64,000 nt of DNA from an uncultured Nitrospiraceae bacterium (lineage in GTDB: Bacteria; Nitrospirota; Thermodesulfovibrionia; Thermodesulfovibrionales; Dissulfurispiraceae), in contig CAVSHF010000003.1 of the NCBI GenBank assembly GCA_963727805.1, positions 1,408,001 to 1,472,000 on the forward strand. The letters run 5' to 3'. The notes under the pieces are model-generated. The model had not been told where the DNA came from. It made no database searches and saw nothing but the letters and a program-made list of their open reading frames with translations. The position numbers and the translations under genes are program-made. The number at the start of each line of letters is the position of its first letter. The first letter of the stretch is position 1. Positions 52,977 through 61,701 of this stretch are shown here, piece after piece.

Positions 52977-53060
52977 CCAGCAGCCCGTCCGCCCTATCCC
53001 CGAAGGATTCAGGCCCGTAGCGTTGCTTCCCACTCGTTCGAGTGGTTTGCCCCTTACGGC
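52977..53060 (-). ncRNA. Cyclic di-GMP-I (GEMM-I) riboswitch, variant
   Basis: GGGCAAACCACTC-GAAC-GAGTGGGAAGCAACGCTACGGGCCTGAA...TAGGGCGGACGGGCTGC just 5' of the RBS. Confidence 0.8.
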
Positions 53061-53580
53061 ATCAGCAGATCAAATCTGCCTTCTACGATTCAAACGTATC
53101 ATGTACGGCTTTGGCGTTTCAGTGATCGACATCACACATATTGTTATTTTGCGCATTATTGTATTACGTGAAAATGAAGTTTAAATTAAGAAATTATGAA
53201 TTTTTCTTAATTATTGAACACATATTCCAAAATCCCTAATGCTTTGATGCGTCAGCCATTAGTGGAACTAGCTCTGTGAAAGATTCCGTACACACTTGGC
53301 CAAGATTCAAAATATACTCGGCATCATAGGCCCCATTTTGACTTGTTATCCCTGCAACGCATGCCTTCTTAAATATGCCCTCATATCCTTAATTGGTCCG
53401 CGATTTTTAGTACTAAGCGGTATTCTATCATATATATATATTTTTTTTTGATTTTTGAAAGTTTTTTCCACTCCTGCAAGTCCTTCCGGAACGTGAGCGT
53501 GACAACGTGATCCATCGCTATTAGACGATACCCTTTTTCAGGGTCGCTTCACGCCATGCCAAGTCCTGTATAATTAATGC

Positions 53581-54198
53581 ATGATATCGGTAAAATTGAC
53601 GAATACGAATGCAGATGAAATAATTCGACAGGCAATCTCGAAGATGATGAATGGAGGGATCATCAGCTATCCCACCGAGACTATCTATGGCCTTGGTGCA
53701 ACATATGACAATGAGAACGCGTTAAAAAGACTGTATGGGCTCAAACAAAGGCCGTATGAAAAAACGGTTCCCATAATAATAGGAAGCATCGAACAATTGT
53801 CCCTTCTGGCCGAAGTCGTCAACGACACCGCTGCCGACCTGATTTCAAGATTCTGGCCGGGGCCTCTTACCCTTATTTTTCGAGCCAGGAGTGGCCTTAA
53901 CGGATATGTGACTTCGAACCGGAAAGTCGCCGTCCGCATTCCCGGCGCATCGTTCGCTCTTGACCTCGTGCGAGCGGCCGGTTTTCCGATTATCGCAACA
54001 AGCGCCAATATTTCAGGGTTGCCCCCCGCCCGTAATGCCGCGATGGTCGCCGATTACTTCGCTGACAACCTCGACCTGATCGTAGATGGCGGCGAATCGC
54101 CGACGGCGGTCCCTTCAACGCTTGTCGATGTTACAGATAATACCCCGATCATTGTCAGAGAAGGAGCAATCAAAAACTCGCTCCTCTTCGTCAGCTAG
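53581..54198 (+). CDS. tsaC: L-threonylcarbamoyladenylate synthase (TsaC/Sua5 YrdC domain)
   Basis: YPTETIYGL, KQR, FWPGPLT, VAVRIP, TSANISG. Confidence 0.94.
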   Translation: MISVKLTNTNADEIIRQAISKMMNGGIISYPTETIYGLGATYDNENALKRLYGLKQRPYEKTVPIIIGSIEQLSLLAEVVNDTAADLISRFWPGPLTLIFRARSGLNGYVTSNRKVAVRIPGASFALDLVRAAGFPIIATSANISGLPPARNAAMVADYFADNLDLIVDGGESPTAVPSTLVDVTDNTPIIVREGAIKNSLLFVS

Positions 54199-54534
54199 CT
54201 CTCACGTTCAGACCTATTGATCTTGTTGCGAAAGGACCTGCCGCTAGTGCTTCCTAAAACAGTAATCGCGCTTAGTCGGGACCGTAGCGACGCACAGGAC
54301 GCTTACCCATCTGTCACATTCATGTCAAAGCATATTTTGCTCAACGATCGTTCCCATATTTAATTTCATCGCGGAGCACGACACACGGCATATTCCTGAA
54401 GTCATGGTCCATAGATACCCGAGATAGCCTGGTACCAAGGTTCTTCAAATAGAGTTCATGTTTAGTCAACAATCGTTCTTAAAAATAGAATGTTCATTTA
54501 AAAACAACTTATGTTTATTTTTTTAACTTTTCTG

Positions 54535-54563
54535 TTGACAAATTGCATTTTATCATTTATACT
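54535..54563 (+). promoter_or_regulatory. sigma70-type promoter
   Basis: TTGACA-N17-TATACT. Confidence 0.8.
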
Positions 54564-54586
54564 CTTTTAAAGAGGTGAACTGCTAG

Positions 54587-55132
54587 ATGCTGAAAAGCCT
54601 TTTCTCATCATCGATTCGGGCCGAGGTGCTGTCGCTCTTACTGAACAGCCCTGATGAAAGGTTTTATGTGAGAGAGATCGCGAAGCTCCTCAGGAAGAAC
54701 CCATCAGGCGTGAAGCGTGAAATTGACAAGCTCGAAGAGATGGGAATTGTAATCAGCGAAAAAGTTGCCAACCTCAAATATTGCCAGGCGGACAAAAATT
54801 CTCCGCTCTATTCGGAACTCAAAGGGCTTATTGCCAAATCGCTGGGATTGCCCGGAGCACTGAAAAGCCTTCTGCGTGCCAACGAAGTCAAGCTCGCCTT
54901 TATTTATGGTCCTTACGCGGTGGGAGAAGAGACCGTGACCGTCGATCTCGTCGTAATCGGTCCTTCCACCCCCGCGCTCTTAATCGGCTTACAGGACATC
55001 GAAAAGAAATTTGGGAAACGGATCAACTGTACCGTGATCGATGAGGATGAGTATAAACAGAAGAAAAGGAAAGATGCGGGACTGAAGCGCATACTCGCTG
55101 AAAAGAGAATAACTCTTATAGGAAGGGCTTAG
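54587..55132 (+). CDS. Winged-HTH regulator fused to a degenerate nucleotidyltransferase-like domain
   Basis: LFSSSIR..VL...FYVREIA...VKREIDKLE; AFIYGPYAVG...VDLVVIG. Confidence 0.8.
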   Translation: MLKSLFSSSIRAEVLSLLLNSPDERFYVREIAKLLRKNPSGVKREIDKLEEMGIVISEKVANLKYCQADKNSPLYSELKGLIAKSLGLPGALKSLLRANEVKLAFIYGPYAVGEETVTVDLVVIGPSTPALLIGLQDIEKKFGKRINCTVIDEDEYKQKKRKDAGLKRILAEKRITLIGRA

Positions 55133-55190
55133 GTGCTTAAAAGCTCCACAAAAGCGCATGTTTTTGTGGTGACGAAAGGGGGTGAATAGA

Positions 55191-55274
55191 ATGGCTACAG
55201 CAAAAAAGGCTCCTGCAAAAAAGGCTGCTCCGGCGAAGAAAGCCGCAGCAAAGAAACCTGCAAAGAAGAAATAA
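55191..55274 (+). CDS. 27-aa Lys/Ala/Pro-rich histone-like peptide (absent from ORF track)
   Basis: SD AAAGGGGGTGA; MATAKKAPAKKAAPAKKAAAKKPAKKK*. Confidence 0.7.
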   Translation: MATAKKAPAKKAAPAKKAAAKKPAKKK

Positions 55275-55301
55275 GGAAAGAAACGGTCTCAAAAGGGATT
55301 C

Positions 55302-55364
55302 AGGGAATACCCGAAGTACAGTTTGGTTAAAACCTCGCGAGGGTTCAAACTGTGGGTATTCCCT
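55302..55364. terminator. Long hairpin between convergent genes (probable terminator)
   Basis: AGGGAATACCC...ACAGTTTG...CAAACTGT-GGGTATTCCCT. Confidence 0.55.
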
Positions 55365-55372
55365 CTTCTTTT

Positions 55373-56257
55373 CTAGGTGTAGTTTAATACTTGGCGGCTA
55401 AATTGGTCAACTTCAGAAACAATTCGGTAGCATTCCGGTGAGGTAATCAGCCTTTTCAGAAAATGCACATTGGCACTGTGGCCGGATTTTTCCATAACAA
55501 CATGCCCCTCTATAGGCATCCCTATCAATGAAAAATCCCCTACGGCATCGAGTATCTTATGACGGACAAACTCGTCCTTGAACCTCAACCCTGATGCATT
55601 AAGTATCCCTTCGTCATCAACAATTACCGCGTTATCCAGAGAACCTCCCTTTGCAAGACCGTTTGCCCTGAGTCTTTCAACGTCCTTCAAAAATCCGAAT
55701 GTCCGCGCGGGTGCAATCTCTGTTGCAAAATTCGCTTCGTTGATATCGACCGTAAAATCCTGATTTCCCAGTACCTTATGATTAAAGCTCATAAAGTAGG
55801 AAAGACGCCTACCTTCATAGGGAAGCGCAACAACACGGCAATGGGTGTCTTCGTAAGAAACCGGGGACATTATCTTGAGATACGATATCTTTTTGGCCTG
55901 TTTGGCGATACCGGCCTCAAGCAAAATACCCACAAGTTCAGTGGAACTGCCATCGAGGACTGGTATTTCGGGACCATCGATATCAATAAAAAGATTATCG
56001 ATGCCCAGGCCAGCGGTCGCGGCAAGCAGATGTTCCACAGTTTTAATCTTAATCCCGTCATATCCGAGAGTAGTAGCAAAAGCGGTATCGCTCACGGAAT
56101 TCAGGTTGGCCCTGATGATCGCATCCTTGTCAGACCGAAAAAAAACAACCCCCGTATCACGCGGAGCAGGTTTGAGCTTCACAGCAGCGTATTTCCCGGT
56201 GTGCAGCCCTATCCCGCGGAAATAAACTTCTCTCTTTATGGTACGCTGTAATCTCAT
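55373..56257 (-). CDS. lpxC: UDP-3-O-acyl-GlcNAc deacetylase
   Basis: GIGLHTG, TVEHLLA, APARTFGF, RHKILD, GHSAN. Confidence 0.97.
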   Translation of the reverse strand: MRLQRTIKREVYFRGIGLHTGKYAAVKLKPAPRDTGVVFFRSDKDAIIRANLNSVSDTAFATTLGYDGIKIKTVEHLLAATAGLGIDNLFIDIDGPEIPVLDGSSTELVGILLEAGIAKQAKKISYLKIMSPVSYEDTHCRVVALPYEGRRLSYFMSFNHKVLGNQDFTVDINEANFATEIAPARTFGFLKDVERLRANGLAKGGSLDNAVIVDDEGILNASGLRFKDEFVRHKILDAVGDFSLIGMPIEGHVVMEKSGHSANVHFLKRLITSPECYRIVSEVDQFSRQVLNYT

Positions 56258-56274
56258 AACAAGTACGGATTTAA

Positions 56275-56290
56275 AGCAAAAACCATACCA
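56275..56290 (-). promoter_or_regulatory. sigma54 (-24/-12) promoter of lpxC
   Basis: TGGTAT-GGTTT-TTGCT. Confidence 0.7.
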
Positions 56291-56382
56291 GTTAAGGAAT
56301 ACAATGGAATCAGAGCGTTACAATCAGCAAGTGTTGATTTAATGCTATAATGTGTGTTTTTTACTACACTCTACTACATATC

Positions 56383-57786
56383 TTATGATTGGACCTCTCC
56401 ACCCACAACGATCTCCTTTATCCTCAACGTCGGCATTGCATCGGCAACAGGAACTCCCTGTGCATCCTTGCCGCACGTGCCAATAGAAAAGCCGAGATCC
56501 GATCCCACCATGTCGATGGAGTTCAAAACCTGGGGCCCATTTCCAACCAGCGTTGCCCCTCTCACCAAATCACCAACCTGCCCTTTCTCGATCAGATAGC
56601 CTTCTTGGACGTCAAAAACAAAATCTCCAGTCACGGTGTTCACCTGACCGCCCCCCATCTTTTTTATAAGCAAACCCTGAGCGATGGACTGAATCACTTC
56701 ATCGGGACTTACCTGACCGGGTGCGATAAAGGTATTAGTCATCCTCGGTATTGGTTTATTCTCATAAGACTCTCTCCGTCCGTTACCTGTTGATTCGACT
56801 CCGTCTATCATGGCAGTGTATTTGTCATACATATAACTGGCGAGAATCCCTCCCTTGACCAGCACATTCCTTCTCGAAGGCGTACCTTCGTCATCGCAGG
56901 AAAAGGAGCCTCTTTTATTGGGTAACGTTGCATCATCGATCACGGTAATCGATGGGGAAGCGATCTGTTGACCTAATTTCCCTGAATAAATCGAAAGCCC
57001 ACGCTGAGCGAGATCGGCTTCAAGCCCGTGTCCGATTGCTTCATGAATCATTGTGCCTCCCGCTTCGGAAGAAATAACTACTGACATCCTCCCGCCGGGT
57101 GCCCGTCTCGCATCGAGCATACGTACCGCCCTTTCGGCAGCTTTATAGGCGATATCGCTAAAAGGCCTCTTTTCAAATAGCTCGAATCCGATACAACCAC
57201 CTTCAGTTTCGTAGCCGGTCTGAATGCAGTCTCCTTTGCTTGCTATAACGTGAGCTAAGGCGGTTGTATGAACCCTTTCGTCTTCGCACATGAATCCAGC
57301 GGATGAAAAAATTTTCACTCTCTGGACTGAGTCCCTGTAAACGATATTGACCTGTTTAATGGCATCGCTAAACTTGCGGGCCGCCTTGTTGCCTTCCCGC
57401 ACGAGGGCTATTTTTGCCAGCATCGGCACTGTCTCTGGGAAGAGCTTGATGACTGAAGGCACTTCATGGTACCTTCTCTTCAGGTCGATCAACACGTCAG
57501 GGCATGCGCTGGATGATGAGGCCGGACTCATCGCAATGCGGACAGTATCGGCAATCTCGTCGAGCGTCGTTTCGGAAAAATCATTGCTATATGCATACGC
57601 AGTCTTCAGATCTCGGATGAGCCTGATACCAACGCCCGCAATCGATCCGGAGACAGCCTTCTCGATCCGACCGTCTTCAAACTGGATAACGGTGCCTTTC
57701 CGCTGCTCAATATATATATCGGCATAATCCCCGCCGTCGGACAGAGCGCTCTTCAGAAGGCGTTCTATAAGGGCATCTGCTATCAC
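56383..57786 (-). CDS. tldD: TldD/PmbA-family metalloprotease TldD
   Basis: HEAIGHGLEAD, DDEG, TGNGRRESY, PRMTNT, GTCGK; GTG start after GGAGG. Confidence 0.93.
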   Translation of the reverse strand: MIADALIERLLKSALSDGGDYADIYIEQRKGTVIQFEDGRIEKAVSGSIAGVGIRLIRDLKTAYAYSNDFSETTLDEIADTVRIAMSPASSSSACPDVLIDLKRRYHEVPSVIKLFPETVPMLAKIALVREGNKAARKFSDAIKQVNIVYRDSVQRVKIFSSAGFMCEDERVHTTALAHVIASKGDCIQTGYETEGGCIGFELFEKRPFSDIAYKAAERAVRMLDARRAPGGRMSVVISSEAGGTMIHEAIGHGLEADLAQRGLSIYSGKLGQQIASPSITVIDDATLPNKRGSFSCDDEGTPSRRNVLVKGGILASYMYDKYTAMIDGVESTGNGRRESYENKPIPRMTNTFIAPGQVSPDEVIQSIAQGLLIKKMGGGQVNTVTGDFVFDVQEGYLIEKGQVGDLVRGATLVGNGPQVLNSIDMVGSDLGFSIGTCGKDAQGVPVADAMPTLRIKEIVVGGEVQS

Positions 57787-57927
57787 AAACCCTCCAAAAA
57801 TATTCTTACATGATACCACAATGTCCGATCTTACGCGAATCTCTTTTGCCTGTGGGAACGCCTTGCTCGCCTCTCCACAAAAGCAAATTCCCTTGAATCG
57901 GTCTAAACAAATGAATACAATAAAAAC

Positions 57928-58710
57928 ATGGCGATCGGACTTATCGGAGGAAGCGGACTTTATGAAATCGAGGGACTCTCTATATCTAGAGAGGTTTCAC
58001 TCTCCACGCCCTATGGACCTTCCTCCTCTACATACAAGATAGGTACCTTCGAGGGAGTCGAGGTGATCTTTTTGCCGAGACACGGGATTCCCCACTCCAT
58101 TGCCCCACATCAAGTCAATTACCGTGCGAATATCTGGGGCTTCAAATCGCTTGGGATCGACAAGATTATAGCGGTAAATGCCACGGGAGGGATTAATCGG
58201 GACATGTCGCCTGGAACCTTAGTTCTTCAGGACCAGATCATTGACATGACTTCTGAACGCCTTCACACTTTTTACGATGCTGAAAAAGCGGTTCATATTG
58301 ATTTTACCCATCCGTACTGTCAGGAAATGAGGGAACTCTGCATCTTCGCAGCCAACACTATCAGACTTCCCATAAAAACATCCGCAACTTATGTTTGTGT
58401 TAATGGACCACGTCTTGAAACCGCGATGGAAATACGCTTTTTTTCCCAGATCGGGGCTGACATCGTCGGGATGACCGCTATGCCTGAGGCGGCTTTGGCC
58501 CGGGAACTTGAAATCTGTCTCCTCGGAATCTCCGCAGTCACTAATTATGCCGCAGGCATAGTGGATAAAAAACTGACCGCTACTGAGGTCGTCGATAGCA
58601 TGAGAAATTCTAATGGACTCATTAAAAGACTGCTACAAGCCTTCATCCCGCTTGTCCCCAAAACACGCTCCTGCCCCTGCAAAGAGGCATTGAAAGACGC
58701 AGCATTGTAA
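57928..58710 (+). CDS. mtnP: Methylthioadenosine/methylthioinosine phosphorylase
   Basis: IGGSG, PRHG, NYRANI, GPRLET, VGMT, VTNYAAG. Confidence 0.9.
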   Translation: MAIGLIGGSGLYEIEGLSISREVSLSTPYGPSSSTYKIGTFEGVEVIFLPRHGIPHSIAPHQVNYRANIWGFKSLGIDKIIAVNATGGINRDMSPGTLVLQDQIIDMTSERLHTFYDAEKAVHIDFTHPYCQEMRELCIFAANTIRLPIKTSATYVCVNGPRLETAMEIRFFSQIGADIVGMTAMPEAALARELEICLLGISAVTNYAAGIVDKKLTATEVVDSMRNSNGLIKRLLQAFIPLVPKTRSCPCKEALKDAAL

Positions 58711-58857
58711 TCATTGCCTTGCCCAATTCTTCGTATGCCTCATTGACAGATTTAATATAATCTTATTAATATAACAATTACGTTTTTTGCTTACTTAGCT
58801 TCATTTTTGTCGGACTGATAAGTACTTCAGTTGCAATTATCCATATCGGAGGTCTTC

Positions 58858-59604
58858 ATGTCAGGACATTCCAAATGGTCTCAGATAAAACATAAAAAAG
58901 CCAACACCGACGCCAAGAAGGGTAAGTCTTTTACCAAGATCGTCAAGGAGATTACCGTAGCAGCGCGGTCTGGCGGTGGGGATCCTGAAGGCAATCCCCG
59001 GCTGCGATTGGCCATCGACAAAGCAAAAGAAGTAAACATGCCCTCCGACAATATCAAAAAGGCAATCATGAAAGGCACCGGTGAGCTGCCTGGCACGACT
59101 TATGAAGAAAGTATATATGAAGGATACGGTCCCGGCGGAGCTGCGATCATGATGGAAGTCATGACTGATAACAAGAATCGGACCGTTTCCGAAATTCGGT
59201 ATATCCTTTCAAAAAACGGCGGAAACCTCGGCGAAGCAGGCTGTGTTTCATGGATATTCGATAAGAAAGGATATATCCTTGTCGAAAAGACGAAAGTCGA
59301 TGAAGATGCGCTGATGTCTATCGTGCTCGATGCGGGTGCCGAAGACATGAAGAATGACCCGAAAGAAGAGAATTATGAAATTATCACCACCCCCGAAACT
59401 CTTGAGGTCGTCAAAGATGCGATCAAGCGTAATAAAATAGACATCTCCCTAGCGGAAGTCACGATGCTGCCGAAGAATTACGTTCCTCTCGAAGGCCTTG
59501 CTGCTGAGCAGATGCTGCGGCTAATCGATGGCCTCGAAGACCACGATGATATACAGAACGTCTATGCGAACTTCGATGTGACAGATGACAGCCTGAAGTC
59601 GTGA
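58858..59604 (+). CDS. yebC: YebC/PmpR family protein
   Basis: [31 protein letters not shown]. Confidence 0.96.
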   Translation: MSGHSKWSQIKHKKANTDAKKGKSFTKIVKEITVAARSGGGDPEGNPRLRLAIDKAKEVNMPSDNIKKAIMKGTGELPGTTYEESIYEGYGPGGAAIMMEVMTDNKNRTVSEIRYILSKNGGNLGEAGCVSWIFDKKGYILVEKTKVDEDALMSIVLDAGAEDMKNDPKEENYEIITTPETLEVVKDAIKRNKIDISLAEVTMLPKNYVPLEGLAAEQMLRLIDGLEDHDDIQNVYANFDVTDDSLKS

Positions 59605-59665
59605 GAAGATGCTGCTAAGCGCGCTTGACAGTTTCAATCGGCACGGTAGACAATAAATAATAGCT

Positions 59666-60283
59666 ATGTTTGACCCAATTCGCATTACATTCAAACGTAA
59701 ATTTCTTGCAGGACTCGTCATTACCGTCCCCGTGACACTCACTATCGTTGTCGTCGCCAGCCTTTTCAAATTCATCGACGGAATACTCGGTCAGTTCTTC
59801 GACCTTTTTCTGGGCAGGCATATAGCCGGACTGGGGTTTATCACCGCCGTAGGTATCATCTTCCTTGTGGGGATTATCTCAACGAATGTTTTCGGCAAAA
59901 GAGTATTAGGCCTAGTTGAGAAGCTTTTTCTCAATATCCCGGTATTCAATAGTATTTACACGGCTCTCAAGCAGCTTGTTGATGCTTTTTCGCCCGAAAG
60001 CAAGGGGTCGTTTAAGAAATTCGTCATTATCGAATATCCTCGTTCCGGCTGCTACGCCTTCGGCTTTCTGACCAAGGAGTGTACCGTCCGATCGGACAAA
60101 CGAGAGACTCGCTTGAAGACCATCTATATACCGACAAACAACCTCTACCTGGGAGAGATAGTACTTCTGGATGATAACAGCATTATCTACACAAACATCC
60201 CTATTGAAGAAGGCATCAGGATTGTCCTCTCCGGTGGGACAGCCACGCCCACGCTTATTTTTGAAGCAAAGGAGGGAGCATAG
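59666..60283 (+). CDS. DUF502 membrane protein
   Basis: FLAGL...P..LT, IPVFNSIY, IEYPR, IPT. Confidence 0.87.
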   Translation: MFDPIRITFKRKFLAGLVITVPVTLTIVVVASLFKFIDGILGQFFDLFLGRHIAGLGFITAVGIIFLVGIISTNVFGKRVLGLVEKLFLNIPVFNSIYTALKQLVDAFSPESKGSFKKFVIIEYPRSGCYAFGFLTKECTVRSDKRETRLKTIYIPTNNLYLGEIVLLDDNSIIYTNIPIEEGIRIVLSGGTATPTLIFEAKEGA

Positions 60284-61674
60284 TGGGTCTTTTCACGGTC
60301 ATTCTAGCAGCCGGACTCGGGACAAGGATGAAGTCCGCTACACCAAAGGTACTCCATACGATTAATGGCAAAGCGATAATCCGTCACGTCGTCGATGCGG
60401 TCACAGCACTGAATCCCGAAAAAATCGTTGTCGTAGTCAGCCCTGGCAGCAGCATGATACAGGATGCTCTCAAGGATAAGCGGATTACCTTTGCAATCCA
60501 GAGAGAACCAAAAGGCACGGCAGATGCACTCAGGGCAGCGGCCCAAAAGCTCGCGGGCAAAAAAGGGACAGTGTTAGTCCTGAGCGGAGATACTCCTCTC
60601 GTAAACACTTCGACACTGCAGCGGCTTATCACAACTCATAAGCGTAAAAAAGAAGTCCTATCCATCCTCTCCTTCACAGTGGAAGGTGATCACACTTACG
60701 GCCGAATATGTCGGGACGGCCAGAGTGTAGCAGCCATCATTGAAGCGGGGGATGCCGATCAGGAACAGCAACAAATAAAAGAAGTGAACAGCGGCATTTA
60801 TGTAATGGAATCTTCCGCGCTAAAGCTGTTGAGAGAAATCGAAATAAATCCCCTCAAGGGAGAATATTACTTGACCGATATCGTCAGCATCGCGGTCCGC
60901 AATGGATTTCGAGTCGGCTCGCACGTCCTCGGTGACGAGACTGAGTTGACCGGAATCAATACACGAAGAGATCTTTGCATGGCCGGGCTCTACCTCAGGG
61001 ACAGGATCGTTTCGAAATGGCTCGAAAAAGGAGTTTCCTTCGTCGACATGAAAACTGTCTATATCGATCCCGATGTCAAGATCGATATAGATACGATTAT
61101 ATACCCCAATGTGATTATCGAAGGGAGAAGTACTATCGGCAAAGGTTGTGTAATATACCCCAACACACGAATTGTAGACAGCACGCTCGGCAACTGGGTC
61201 ACCATCAAAGACTCCACCATTATTGAATCATCAGTCATCAAAGACGCTGCATCGGTGGGACCTTTTGCCCATCTAAGGCCTGATTCGGTAATCGGAGTTT
61301 CTGCAAAAATCGGGAATTTCGTAGAAATAAAAAAGTCGGTCATCGGCAACGGTGCCAAGGCCTCACATCTAAGCTATTTAGGGGATGCCGATATCGGCGG
61401 CAATGTGAACATAGGAGCGGGCACCATAACCTGCAACTATGATGGTGTGAACAAGTCTAAAACGATCATAGAGGAAGGCTGCTTTATCGGCAGTGATACA
61501 CAATTAGTCGCGCCGGTCAAGGTCGGCAAGGGCGCTTATGTTGGTGCTGGGTCGACTATCACCAAAGATGTTCCCCCGCTTGCACTCGCCGTTTCCCGAG
61601 CACCCCAACGAAATTTTGATGGATGGGCAGCGGGGAGAGCCTGTAAAAAGAATATCAAATCTTCTAAAGGATAG
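60283..61674 (+). CDS. glmU: Bifunctional UDP-GlcNAc pyrophosphorylase/acetyltransferase
   Basis: LAAGLGTRMKS, EYYLTD, GPFAHLRP, GNFVEIK, TCNYDG. Confidence 0.97.
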   Translation: MGLFTVILAAGLGTRMKSATPKVLHTINGKAIIRHVVDAVTALNPEKIVVVVSPGSSMIQDALKDKRITFAIQREPKGTADALRAAAQKLAGKKGTVLVLSGDTPLVNTSTLQRLITTHKRKKEVLSILSFTVEGDHTYGRICRDGQSVAAIIEAGDADQEQQQIKEVNSGIYVMESSALKLLREIEINPLKGEYYLTDIVSIAVRNGFRVGSHVLGDETELTGINTRRDLCMAGLYLRDRIVSKWLEKGVSFVDMKTVYIDPDVKIDIDTIIYPNVIIEGRSTIGKGCVIYPNTRIVDSTLGNWVTIKDSTIIESSVIKDAASVGPFAHLRPDSVIGVSAKIGNFVEIKKSVIGNGAKASHLSYLGDADIGGNVNIGAGTITCNYDGVNKSKTIIEEGCFIGSDTQLVAPVKVGKGAYVGAGSTITKDVPPLALAVSRAPQRNFDGWAAGRACKKNIKSSKG

Positions 61675-61701
61675 ACGGACTATCGTTCTAAGGAGGTAGA
61701 C

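Noticed and set aside
52968..53033. Track start at 53033 for the secreted protein
   Set aside because: It lies inside the riboswitch; ATG at 52967 follows a G-rich RBS and precedes the signal peptide.
53430..53452. (TA)n and poly-T tract as a phase-variation site
   Set aside because: Short and not clearly inside a promoter spacer or CDS.
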